Shown: positions 1-8,971 of the stretch, in pieces
Layout of the letters: each line of letters starts with the position of its first letter
Numbering within the stretch: the stretch's first letter is position 1
Virus record (IMG/VR): IMGVR_UViG_3300020469_003050
Location: 124,001-188,000 of that record
DNA length: 64,000 bases
Strand: one strand, 5' to 3'
The notes under the pieces: generated by a model
What the model saw: the letters and a program-made list of their open reading frames with translations, nothing else
Database searches by the model: none
What the model was told of the DNA's origin: nothing
Translations under genes and position numbers: made by a program

Positions 1-1172
1 GGACCAAGTTCTGGATCCATTGACTTTATATCTCTTGCTTTACATTTGTTTAAGATAAACAACTGTTCTTTCTCACTAAAGCTATCCCAAGGTTTGAACT
101 TCTCAGGTTCTCTCTTTTTATTCTCAATACAGTTTATTACAATATCATGAGTCCACTTTGGTACCATTGTTCTTAAACTTACTGGTTTTGTCTTTTCTGT
201 ATCTTCTCTCCAGATCCAACCTGGAAATTCTGCACACAATTCGAACACATTTTCTTTTCCCATTATTGCATGAAACGTTTCACGTGCCAGTGTTCTTCTA
301 TAAAAATGTCTAGGGTTTGGTACAAACTCAGTAATATGATGATGTAGATTTCTTAAACTTTCAGGATAGTGATTCATTTTTTTATTGAGTTTAGCTGGAG
401 TATCTTCTCCTGGCATTATATCCTGTCTTTGCCATACTGGTTCGTACACAGAATCCCATGCATCAACTCCCTTTGGTTGATAAGCCAATGGCTCACTGTA
501 TCTAGGAGAATATGTCCAGAGTACAAATAATCCTTTTGGTTTACCATATTTTTGGATAGCATGGACAACATTGTGCATCATGACATCATTACCTGTTCCA
601 CCTACACCTAAATTAATAACAGGTGTATTAAGTTTTCTACTTATTATTTGTCCTATAGTTTGCTCGTACTTGTTGCCTACGCCCATTACATGAGAGCATC
701 CTACAATAACATAGCTATTTTGCCAATCATATCGGTCGAAGTCTAATGGATTTCTAAAGCCTTCTTTGTTTAATCTGTATTCTACTTGATTGTCAGACCA
801 GTACCAATCAGGACCAATCTCTTGTTTTAGGTCTAACCATGTTTCTTTTTTATCTCCACCAAAGAACTCAGCTATCCAATAAGGATCTTTTCCCTCTGGT
901 TCAATACAAGCCCAATTAGTTTCAGGTGGGGGAGTAGGTGTATCTTCTACTGTTTTGTCTCTAGTACTTTCAATAGGTATTAACGCATTTACAGAACTCC
1001 AAAAGCCCAATTCAAAATCATTGATTGGCATTACGGTTGCATAACCCCAATCTTGTACCCTCATATAAAACCAAGGTCTTTGTTTCTTTAGATTAGGTCT
1101 ATCTGCCCAAGGGTTATCCCCTTGGTTCTTTACATACTCTTTGAATTTCAGATATTCTTCTTTTTTATTCAT
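1..1172 (-). CDS. SGNH/GDSL-like hydrolase-fold protein (partial, runs off the left edge)
   Basis: Hand translation from ATG at 1172 (MNKKEEYLKF...) is open to position 1. It contains YVIVGCSHVMGVG and INLGVGGTGND, matching SGNH blocks I and II. Not in the supplied ORF track. Confidence 0.7.
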   Translation of the reverse strand, partial: MNKKEEYLKFKEYVKNQGDNPWADRPNLKKQRPWFYMRVQDWGYATVMPINDFELGFWSSVNALIPIESTRDKTVEDTPTPPPETNWACIEPEGKDPYWIAEFFGGDKKETWLDLKQEIGPDWYWSDNQVEYRLNKEGFRNPLDFDRYDWQNSYVIVGCSHVMGVGNKYEQTIGQIISRKLNTPVINLGVGGTGNDVMMHNVVHAIQKYGKPKGLFVLWTYSPRYSEPLAYQPKGVDAWDSVYEPVWQRQDIMPGEDTPAKLNKKMNHYPESLRNLHHHITEFVPNPRHFYRRTLARETFHAIMGKENVFELCAEFPGWIWREDTEKTKPVSLRTMVPKWTHDIVINCIENKKREPEKFKPWDSFSEKEQLFILNKCKARDIKSMDPELG

Positions 1173-1182
1173 GTGTAAGTCC

Positions 1183-1211
1183 TTGACAATCTGGTCGAAT
1201 CATTATATACT
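1183..1211 (+). promoter_or_regulatory. sigma70-type promoter with CGAATC in the spacer
   Basis: TTGACA(1183-88)-N17-TATACT(1206-11). Confidence 0.55.
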
Positions 1212-1212
1212 A

Positions 1213-1220
1213 TATTTATG
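1213..1220 (-). promoter_or_regulatory. T4-like late promoter (CATAAATA)
   Basis: Reverse complement of tatttatg, about 40 nt upstream of the 1172 start. Confidence 0.45.
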
Positions 1221-1241
1221 TTCGTAGTTAAAGGGGAAAAC

Positions 1242-1272
1242 TTGACAACTATAAAAAAGGTGTTATTATAAT
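1242..1272 (+). promoter_or_regulatory. sigma70-type promoter
   Basis: TTGACA(1242-47)-N16-TATTAT with TGn extension; an overlapping TATAAT lies at 1267-72. Confidence 0.55.
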
Positions 1273-1275
1273 ATT

Positions 1276-2103
1276 ATGATGAATTCAGCAGAGGTATATG
1301 ATATGGAACATGTAGGTGGTAAACACACTCACTTTGAAAGAAACGTACTTTATCACCACAAGTATAATTTCCAAATAGATAATTCAGGTGTTGACTATAA
1401 AGATATTTTAGAACGTGAAGAAATTGGTTTCTCACGTGAGCAAGTTGTAGCGGCGGCTATTGTTGCCGATAGTTTCAATGAAGGTACATATGTAAAAGCA
1501 CAAGGTGGTGTTTTTGATTTTGCTGATACAAAACAAGGTAGTCGATATCTTCAAATGAAAATTCCGAATAAAGATATTCTTGTAGGTATTCTACATTTAT
1601 ATCCACATCTAATCGAAGATAAGCACATTGAAAGTGCAAAAGAAATTATTAAAGAACTTGAAATGGACTTCATGTTTAAAATCATGTCAGAAAAAATGAC
1701 AGAATTTGAAAGTGGCATTGCAAGTATACTGGCGTCTACAGATAAACTAGCCAAGCAATTTTGGGGTGTAGCCGCATATCTACCGACTTATGCAGTTAAG
1801 AAAGTATGGGAACGGGAAGTTACTGACCGTAGTGAAAACTCAGTACACATAACATCAACACGCAACGATGGTAAAGTGTTCATGGACATTACAGTATTGA
1901 AATCAAGTGCGAGTCAAACATATCCTGGTTTCAACGTATCTGCTATTTCTAGTGACGGCAATCGTGTAAGTTTCTTTAGTACTAAAAGTGGTTGGGAAGT
2001 AGATAAAGAATTTACGATTACTGCTAAAGTAAAAGGTCATGGTAATGTTTGGAATCAAGAACACATAGCAGAGACAAGGTTGAATTACGTAAAGGCTTTA
2101 TGA
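1276..2103 (+). CDS. hypothetical phage protein, possible C-terminal OB-fold
   Basis: 275 aa ORF behind a promoter. The C-terminus is beta-rich (...TITAKVKGH...ETRLNYVK). The fold guess is weak. Confidence 0.6.
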   Translation: MMNSAEVYDMEHVGGKHTHFERNVLYHHKYNFQIDNSGVDYKDILEREEIGFSREQVVAAAIVADSFNEGTYVKAQGGVFDFADTKQGSRYLQMKIPNKDILVGILHLYPHLIEDKHIESAKEIIKELEMDFMFKIMSEKMTEFESGIASILASTDKLAKQFWGVAAYLPTYAVKKVWEREVTDRSENSVHITSTRNDGKVFMDITVLKSSASQTYPGFNVSAISSDGNRVSFFSTKSGWEVDKEFTITAKVKGHGNVWNQEHIAETRLNYVKAL

Positions 2104-2195
2104 TTCCATTACTACTTACTCTTTGTTACTTAGGAGCAATATACGGTTTCGTATGTTTACTATTGTTACTTTGGAACAACGAAAACGTTAAATGA
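2100..2195 (+). CDS. 31 aa hydrophobic micro-protein
   Basis: MIPLLLTLCYLGAIYGFVCLLLLLWNNENVK; ATGA overlaps with both neighbouring genes. Confidence 0.5.
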   Translation: MIPLLLTLCYLGAIYGFVCLLLLLWNNENVK

Positions 2196-2317
2196 GAATA
2201 ATCTGTTATAAGTCACCAACTGATTACGTCACACACGATTTTCCAAAAGAAGAACTCAATGAAATATTAGACATATGTAAAGAACTTGATATCAAGTGGT
2301 ATGTCCTAGTATATTAA
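2192..2317 (+). CDS. 41 aa hypothetical protein
   Basis: MRIICYKSPTDYVTHDFPKEELNEILDICKELDIKWYVLVY; ATGA-coupled to the upstream micro-ORF. Confidence 0.5.
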   Translation: MRIICYKSPTDYVTHDFPKEELNEILDICKELDIKWYVLVY

Positions 2318-2339
2318 TAACGAAAGAATAAATACGACT

Positions 2340-2723
2340 ATGAACAAGTTACTAGTACACAAGCACCTGTTAATTCGTGCCGAGGTTAATGAGCCTCTAC
2401 AAAACAAAAACAAAGCAATTAAGTATTTGCGAAAGATGATTAAAGCCATTGGTATGAAACCAATGTATGGACCTACTGCATCTTATTGTAAGATGGAAGG
2501 CAATAGAGGTCTAACTGCTTTTGCAATTATAGAAACATCACATATTGCTATGCACATATGGGACGAAGTAAGTCCTGCACTATGTCAGTTAGATGTATAC
2601 ACTTGTTCAGAAATGGATCCTAATCAGGTTCTACCTTTCTTAGAAGTTATGGAACCTGCTAAAGTAGAATATAAATTCCTAGACAGAGAAAGTAAGTTTG
2701 AAGAAATATACTCAAGTAAATAA
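2340..2723 (+). CDS. speD: S-adenosylmethionine decarboxylase homolog (pyruvoyl-dependent, SpeD/SpeH class)
   Basis: GLTAFAIIETSHIAMHIWDE with self-cleavage SH site, QLDVYTC, and typical 127 aa size. Confidence 0.85.
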   Translation: MNKLLVHKHLLIRAEVNEPLQNKNKAIKYLRKMIKAIGMKPMYGPTASYCKMEGNRGLTAFAIIETSHIAMHIWDEVSPALCQLDVYTCSEMDPNQVLPFLEVMEPAKVEYKFLDRESKFEEIYSSK

Positions 2724-2769
2724 TTCAAACGTATACAGATTACTAAATCCCCAAAAGATAAGTATTAAT

Positions 2770-3543
2770 ATGAAAGAAGTAGTTTTAGTAACAGGTGGTT
2801 TCGACCCATTACATTCTGGTCATATAGAATACTTCAAGTCTGCCAAAGCACTAGGCGATGAACTAGTTGTAGGCATAAACTCAGATGAATGGTTAACTCG
2901 TAAGAAAGGCAGAGCATTTATGAACTTTGCTGAACGTAAAGCAATCATCGAGGCATTAGAAGTAGTTGACAAAGTTATAGACTTTGATGATAGTGATGAT
3001 ACTGCCAGTTACGCATTATATAAGATACAATCTATGTATCCAATCGGTACTAAGTTTACATTTGCAAATGGTGGAGATAGAGGTAATACTACAACACCTG
3101 AATACAAACAGTATGCAGAAATGCCATGGGTTAGATTTGAATTTGGTGTAGGTGGTACAAACAAAAGAAACTCTAGTAGTTGGATACTAAATGATTGGAA
3201 GACACAAAGAACTCATCGTACATGGGGATATTGGCGAGTACTTGATGATAAACAACCTAAGGTTGGGCAGAAGATAAAAGAACTAGTTATCAACCCACGC
3301 AAGAGTTTATCAAATCAAAAACATAGATATAGAAACGAATATTGGTATGTCCTAGAAGGAGATATCATGATTGAACTAGAATTTAACAAGAAAAAAGAAG
3401 CAATCTATCTGCGTCCACATGACACATTCTTAATACCTAAGGAATGTTGGCATAAAACAACGAATATTGGTGATGAACCAGCACATATTATTGAAGTACA
3501 ATATGGTGAAAGTTGTGAAGAATCAGACATTTTAAGAAAATAA
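2770..3543 (+). CDS. cytidylyltransferase-family domain fused to a mannose-6-phosphate isomerase type II-like cupin
   Basis: VTGGFDPLHSGH (HxGH) and FANGGDR; C-terminal RTWGYWRVL and SLSNQKHRYRNEYWYV. Start set at ATG 2770 rather than 2698. Confidence 0.85.
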   Translation: MKEVVLVTGGFDPLHSGHIEYFKSAKALGDELVVGINSDEWLTRKKGRAFMNFAERKAIIEALEVVDKVIDFDDSDDTASYALYKIQSMYPIGTKFTFANGGDRGNTTTPEYKQYAEMPWVRFEFGVGGTNKRNSSSWILNDWKTQRTHRTWGYWRVLDDKQPKVGQKIKELVINPRKSLSNQKHRYRNEYWYVLEGDIMIELEFNKKKEAIYLRPHDTFLIPKECWHKTTNIGDEPAHIIEVQYGESCEESDILRK

Positions 3544-3551
3544 ATCACTCC

Positions 3552-3587
3552 AAAAACTTGACAATATAACGATTCGTGTTATATTAT
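3552..3587 (+). promoter_or_regulatory. early promoter, CGAWTCG class
   Basis: AAAAACTTGACA-atataa-CGATTCG-tgt-TATATT, nearly identical to 43634-43669. Confidence 0.75.
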
Positions 3588-3617
3588 ATACATAATAAAC
3601 AAATAGAGAGGTTAATT

Positions 3618-5204
3618 ATGAATATGAAAACACTAATTGCTACAGTATCAATGATTGTAGCATTGACTACTTCATCGAATGCGATGGATGAAAGTCAATT
3701 TAATCAAATGAAAAAGGAAGGTATGATTACCACGTTTGGTAATTACGTTTCTACTAATAATAAAATAGATACTCCTTGGGGTTCTCATTATTATTTACCT
3801 AGTGATACATTCATGAAGAAAACACAAAGCGAATATAGTGAAGTGTTTTGGACTAATGGATTTGCTTGGGGTAACTTTAATGGTGATAATACTCCAGACT
3901 TGTTAATGGCATGGGAATTGCATACACAATGTCAAGGACAGATGTATGAAGATAAACATACTGGTACTTACTTTTGTCTTGCTGAATCATTAGACGACAA
4001 GAGAGGTATGTTACCATTCTCTATCTTTGAAGTTGATGCTAATGGTAGAGAAAGTTTAGACCATTTACTTATTAACGATGTTAGCATAGGTGCTAGAAAT
4101 TGTATGAGACCTATCGTAGCTGATTTCAATAGTGACGGTATAGATGATATCTATTGTGGAAGTGCATTCGGTGTTAAACATAATGGTAAGAGAACACATG
4201 GTGGTGCAGACTTTGTTTTCATTTCTAATGGAAAAGGTCAATGGATTAGAACTAAAGAAAAAGGTGATAACGTAAATAAAGAGCATGGCATTTACATGGG
4301 CTTCTCTCATGGTATTACAGCCGCTGATATTGATAACGATGGTGACATCGATGTTATTACTCCTCATATTAAATGGGAAAGTGTAAGAGGTGGAGGTAAA
4401 ATTTATTGTCATATAAATGATGGTAAAGGTAACTTCACTGTTAAGTGGTGTGCTGACCAGTTTGCTCATGCAGTTACAACAGGTGACTATAACGGTGACG
4501 GTCATGTAGACTTGATGGCTTCACATGGGTGGCATCAAAGTCCTGCTTACAAGCATAACAATTCTAAAAAGCATAACCAAACTGTAATCTTGTTTGGTGA
4601 TAGTTCAGGTAAGTTTGGTAAATCTAAATCAACTAAGAAGTGGTTATACCCAGAACCAGCATATGACATCTACGGTTCAGGTTACATGTTAACTGATGTT
4701 ATCGGTCCAGTATCATGGGACTTTGATAACGATGGTGATGTAGATATCGCAGGTTCATCAATTGGTCCTCTTTATGTCGGTGGTACTCATACAGTATGGG
4801 CTAACGATGGTAAAGGTAACTTCACTGTTGCAGACCAAGTTCCAATGATCCCTTCTCCTGACTTTGTTAAAACAAGAAAAGGATTTAAGAAGAACATCAA
4901 AATGGAAAGCAATCAATGGAATTCATTTTGTACTAGAAGTACGTTGATTGATGTTAATGAAGATGGTCTAATGGATATCTTATGTGATGCTTCTCCTCAA
5001 GACAAGCATGGTGGTTGGTTCTTTGTTAACAAAGGCGAACTTAAGTTTGAAAAAGTTTCTCCATACAAAGCATGGGAAAACGGTTGGGTTGACTACTACA
5101 CAAGTATATATGGTGGTCAAAACAAAAAGTTTGAAGGCTTCTCTGACCCTGATATGATGGCTCCTGGAGCAGGTTGGTACGTATATAAGTCAGACTTCAA
5201 ATAA
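3618..5204 (+). CDS. secreted FG-GAP/VCBS-repeat beta-propeller protein
   Basis: Signal peptide MKTLIATVSMIVALTTSSNA; six DxNxDGxxD-type repeats (NFNGDNTPD, DFNSDGIDD, DIDNDGDID, DYNGDGHVD, DFDNDGDVD, DVNEDGLMD); RBS AGAGAGG at 3605. Confidence 0.85.
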   Translation: MNMKTLIATVSMIVALTTSSNAMDESQFNQMKKEGMITTFGNYVSTNNKIDTPWGSHYYLPSDTFMKKTQSEYSEVFWTNGFAWGNFNGDNTPDLLMAWELHTQCQGQMYEDKHTGTYFCLAESLDDKRGMLPFSIFEVDANGRESLDHLLINDVSIGARNCMRPIVADFNSDGIDDIYCGSAFGVKHNGKRTHGGADFVFISNGKGQWIRTKEKGDNVNKEHGIYMGFSHGITAADIDNDGDIDVITPHIKWESVRGGGKIYCHINDGKGNFTVKWCADQFAHAVTTGDYNGDGHVDLMASHGWHQSPAYKHNNSKKHNQTVILFGDSSGKFGKSKSTKKWLYPEPAYDIYGSGYMLTDVIGPVSWDFDNDGDVDIAGSSIGPLYVGGTHTVWANDGKGNFTVADQVPMIPSPDFVKTRKGFKKNIKMESNQWNSFCTRSTLIDVNEDGLMDILCDASPQDKHGGWFFVNKGELKFEKVSPYKAWENGWVDYYTSIYGGQNKKFEGFSDPDMMAPGAGWYVYKSDFK

Positions 5205-5230
5205 GAATTAACTCTCTATTAAACTAAATT

Positions 5231-5258
5231 AGCCCGGCTTTATGTCGGGCTTTTTTAT
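5231..5258 (+). terminator. rho-independent terminator
   Basis: AGCCCGGC-tttat-GTCGGGCT followed by a T-tract. Confidence 0.85.
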
Positions 5259-5259
5259 T

Positions 5260-5267
5260 GATAAATA
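5260..5267 (+). promoter_or_regulatory. T4-like late promoter GATAAATA
   Basis: Same octamer as upstream of the structural operons; lies directly after a terminator and 26 nt before the ATG at 5294. Confidence 0.65.
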
Positions 5268-5293
5268 AAGTATGTAGTTAATAGAGAATTAAA

Positions 5294-5680
5294 ATGAAAA
5301 GAATTATTAAACTAGACCCAGATATAAATCCAATAACAGTTAAAGACGGTAGAGGTATAATAAGTACATTCTATCCACAAACAACTGATATCAAAGAGTG
5401 GAGTTATATAGTAACTCTCAAAGGGTCTGTAAGAGGACATCATCTACACAAAGAGTTTGACGAATATATTATGTTTGTAGAAGGCAGTGGCGTATATACT
5501 GAATTAACAGACGGAGAAGAACTCGTTACTCCTGTAGCAACTGGTGATTGTATCTTTATTCCTAGACTAACACCTCATACGTTTTACCCAACTTCTGATT
5601 CAAAAGCAATCGCTCTTATAACAAAGAAATGGAATGATTGTGATGAACCTTTGACAAGAGTAAACAATGAAGAAACGTAA
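5294..5680 (+). CDS. cupin, NDP-sugar epimerase/isomerase-like (RmlC/FdtA class)
   Basis: DGRGII, KGSVRGHHLHKEFDEY, IFIPRLTPHTF. Confidence 0.75.
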   Translation: MKRIIKLDPDINPITVKDGRGIISTFYPQTTDIKEWSYIVTLKGSVRGHHLHKEFDEYIMFVEGSGVYTELTDGEELVTPVATGDCIFIPRLTPHTFYPTSDSKAIALITKKWNDCDEPLTRVNNEET

Positions 5681-6893
5681 AAAGAATATCAGAATGATTT
5701 TAAATGAACGTACTACTTGTAGAGTATGTGGAAGTCCTGTAAAAGAATTACATGACTTTGGTAGAATACATATCAATGATTTCCCTACAACACCCGATGA
5801 TACTCCTGGCGAGGCACCAATGGTATTAGACCAATGTGAGGAATGTGAGTTAGTTCAACTTAGACATACAGTTAATCCAAAGATATTATATGGTGAACAC
5901 TATTGGTATGAGAGTGGATTGAATTCTAAACTAATGAATAACTTATTTGATATTGCAGGATACGTAAATGAGTATACTGATAAAGGCGATGTAGTATTAG
6001 ATATCGGTGCGAATGATGGTACGTTGTTAAGTGCGGTTAAGTCAGACAGATATAGAATAGGTTGCGAACCAGCACCTAATCTAATTAAGAAGTTAATGAA
6101 AAACTGTGAAGCAACTATAAACGATATGTGGCATTATAAACTAATGCAAGGAAAGAAAGCAAAAGTTATTACTGCTATTGGTATGTTCTATGATATGGAT
6201 AACCCAAATGATTTTATCTATAGTGTGAATGAAGCATTAACAGATGATGGCATATTCATTGCACAGTTAATGACACTTGCTCCTATGCTTAAAATGAAAG
6301 ACTTAGGCAATGTATGTCATGAGCATTTAGAATACTATAGTTATAAAAGTCTTGTAGAACTATATGAAACTAACGGTCTTGAAATCTATAAAGTAGTAGA
6401 GAACGATATACAAGGTGGAAGTTATCAACTATGGGCTAGAAAAAAGAACGAAGGCAGTATAGAATATTTTGAAGACTTATCTTCTTTAGAAACATTCTTT
6501 AAAGATGTAGAACGTAATGGTATGTTGTTAAGAACTGTATTACAAGATTCAAAATCAAATGGTAAAAAGAATTATGTATATGGTGCTAGTACAAAAGGAA
6601 ATACAATGTTACAGTTTTGGAAACTACATGATTTATTCGAAGGTGCCGCAGAAATACATCCAGATAAAGTAGGAAGATATACAGTTGGAACAGGCATACC
6701 TATTGTACATGAAGATGATGCAAAGAAAGATGCAGACTTATTCTTTGTCCCTAATTTTGGTTTCAAAGATATGTTTGTTGAAAAAGAAAGTGAATGGCTT
6801 GAACAAGGAGGAAGAATGCTCTTTGCAATGCCAGATGTTAATGTAGTAGAACACAAAGGAAAAAATGGAACAAAAGATAGTATACGTGACTAA
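5667..6893 (+). CDS. NDP-hexose 3-C-methyltransferase (TcaB9/EryBIII/NovU-like)
   Basis: Zn site CRVC...CEEC, YWYESG, VLDIGANDG, CHEHLEYYS, YGASTKGNT. Confidence 0.88.
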   Translation: MKKRKKNIRMILNERTTCRVCGSPVKELHDFGRIHINDFPTTPDDTPGEAPMVLDQCEECELVQLRHTVNPKILYGEHYWYESGLNSKLMNNLFDIAGYVNEYTDKGDVVLDIGANDGTLLSAVKSDRYRIGCEPAPNLIKKLMKNCEATINDMWHYKLMQGKKAKVITAIGMFYDMDNPNDFIYSVNEALTDDGIFIAQLMTLAPMLKMKDLGNVCHEHLEYYSYKSLVELYETNGLEIYKVVENDIQGGSYQLWARKKNEGSIEYFEDLSSLETFFKDVERNGMLLRTVLQDSKSNGKKNYVYGASTKGNTMLQFWKLHDLFEGAAEIHPDKVGRYTVGTGIPIVHEDDAKKDADLFFVPNFGFKDMFVEKESEWLEQGGRMLFAMPDVNVVEHKGKNGTKDSIRD

Positions 6894-7020
6894 AGAACAG
6901 ATAACTTGTATGGGAGAAGATGGAGACCACCCTAAAGTTTATTATACTCTTAAAAAAGGTGAAGCAGTTTGCGGATATTGTAATATCAAATACGTACTAG
7001 TTAAGGAGAAAGAAAAATGA
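6865..7020 (+). CDS. zf-CHCC zinc-finger protein (51 aa)
   Basis: MEQKIVYVTKEQITCMGEDGDHPKVYYTLKKGEAVCGYCNIKY...; C-x6-H-x13-C-x2-C pattern; RBS AAGGA; ATGA overlap with the next gene. Confidence 0.8.
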   Translation: MEQKIVYVTKEQITCMGEDGDHPKVYYTLKKGEAVCGYCNIKYVLVKEKEK

Positions 7021-7910
7021 AAATCGCAATAACAGGTGGGGCAGGATATGTTGGTTGTAGATTAAGTGAACAACTATTAAACAACGGACATGAAGTTATT
7101 TGTATAGATTGGTTAAAGTATGGAGTACAACCCATATTAAACATATTAGATAGAAAAGGATTTCATTTACACAAGATAGATATTTGTAGTCCAGAAGTAG
7201 AACCTATTCTAAAAAGTGCAGATGCAGTAATTCATCTAGCAGGTATTGTAGGCTATCCGTCATGTGAACGTGAGCCTGACTTAGCATATAGAGTTAACGT
7301 AGAAGGAACTAATAGAGTTATAGATGCTTCTGTAGGTAAACCTTTTGTATATGCAAGTACAGGAAGTGTATACGGTGAACTTGGTAAGACATGTGATGAA
7401 ACATGTGAGACTAATCCAATTAGTACATACAGTGTTTATAAACTTGATGGTGAAAAGAAATTAAAAGGAACTGATGCAGTTATACTAAGACCAGCAACTG
7501 CATTTGGTGTGAGTAATAGATTAAGACAAGACTTACTTGTTAATGACTTTACTTACAAAGCAATAGCTGAAAAGAAATTGGTCTTATTTGAAAAGCACTT
7601 CAAACGTACTTTCTTAAGCATTAACGACTTGGCACGTTCATTCAGATGGGCGTTAGAGAAATACGATATTATGAAAGGCGAGATATGGAATGTCGGTGAT
7701 GAAACTTTAAATCATACTAAGTTAGACATTGCACAGATTATTAAAAGCAAAGTCGATTATGAATTAATTATTAACGATGAATTATCTCACGATAAAGATG
7801 GCAGAGACTATTTTGTTGACTATACAAAAATTAGAAACATCGGGTTCACTGCTACCGAAACTCTTGAAGATGGTATTGATAGTTTAGTTAAGTTGTATCA
7901 CGCCGCGTGA
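7017..7910 (+). CDS. NAD-dependent epimerase/dehydratase (extended SDR)
   Basis: ITGGAGYVG, VIHLAGIVG, ASTGSVYG, YSVYK (YxxxK). Confidence 0.9.
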   Translation: MKIAITGGAGYVGCRLSEQLLNNGHEVICIDWLKYGVQPILNILDRKGFHLHKIDICSPEVEPILKSADAVIHLAGIVGYPSCEREPDLAYRVNVEGTNRVIDASVGKPFVYASTGSVYGELGKTCDETCETNPISTYSVYKLDGEKKLKGTDAVILRPATAFGVSNRLRQDLLVNDFTYKAIAEKKLVLFEKHFKRTFLSINDLARSFRWALEKYDIMKGEIWNVGDETLNHTKLDIAQIIKSKVDYELIINDELSHDKDGRDYFVDYTKIRNIGFTATETLEDGIDSLVKLYHAA

Positions 7911-8971
7911 TTTTTAACAACACTTGCAATCTTTTTTACGTCTTCTTCACGTAAATTAAACTGACCAGGTAAATGCAAACCTCTACTTGCTAGTTCGTCT
8001 GCTATTGGTGTAGGCGTTCTGTACTTTCTATGAAAAGGTTGATTACAAAGACTATCGTATACTGCACGACAACCTATACCTTCTGCACGTAGTTCTTCTA
8101 CGAGATTATCTCTTTTGCTTACTAGTATCTCTGGATACGTAGGTGTCTGATGTTCTAAATCTGTAGGGATAAAGTCTACTACTTTCTTTAAATGTTTACG
8201 ATACCATTTGAATAATTGTTTCTTGTGTTGTACGATGAATGGTAACTTCTTCATTTGTGGCACACCGAATGATGCTTGTAAGTCTGTGAATTTAAAATTC
8301 AATCCCATTACGTTATATACTTCTCCGACTTTAACTGTTCTGCCAAAGTTTTTTATAGCATGAATTTGTTTACTAATATTCTCATCATTAGTAACTATGC
8401 AACCACCTTGTCCTGTAGTAATAATCTTTGGTGCACCGAAACTAAATATTCCCATGTCACCCATAGTACCACAGTGTACATCATTGACTGTTTTACTTCC
8501 TAATGCTTGTGCAGAGTCTTCGATTACAATCTTACCACTCTCTCTTAGAGATTTAATTTTTTCTTCAACGTCTTTAGGATATCTACCATTGATTGCTGAT
8601 ACAAATATAACTCTACAATCTGTTGGTATCTTATCAAAGTTTATACAGTAATTGAATGGGTCAACATCTACTATTACAGGAACACCGCCCATTAATATTG
8701 CACCATTACATGTAGCCGCTTGAGTATATGCACTTACGGCAAACTTCTCTCCTGGCTTGATATTAGCTATCATAGAAGCACACAGGAGACCCGTAGTAGC
8801 ACTTGTTACCATGTGTGCATACTTGGCACCTGTATAGTCACATATAAGAGATTCTAATTCTCTGGTTTTATCGTGTTCCATAATCCACCCACCAGAGTTG
8901 ACGTAGTTATAAACACTCTCAATTTCTTCTTTCCCGTATACGGGATTCATGTGACTATTCTTTGTGAGCAT
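7898..8971 (-). CDS. DegT/DnrJ/EryC1/StrS PLP-dependent sugar aminotransferase
   Basis: VIEDSAQALGS, FSFGAPKIITTGQGG (PLP lysine), GLNFKFTDLQA. Confidence 0.93.
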   Translation of the reverse strand: MLTKNSHMNPVYGKEEIESVYNYVNSGGWIMEHDKTRELESLICDYTGAKYAHMVTSATTGLLCASMIANIKPGEKFAVSAYTQAATCNGAILMGGVPVIVDVDPFNYCINFDKIPTDCRVIFVSAINGRYPKDVEEKIKSLRESGKIVIEDSAQALGSKTVNDVHCGTMGDMGIFSFGAPKIITTGQGGCIVTNDENISKQIHAIKNFGRTVKVGEVYNVMGLNFKFTDLQASFGVPQMKKLPFIVQHKKQLFKWYRKHLKKVVDFIPTDLEHQTPTYPEILVSKRDNLVEELRAEGIGCRAVYDSLCNQPFHRKYRTPTPIADELASRGLHLPGQFNLREEDVKKIASVVKNHAA

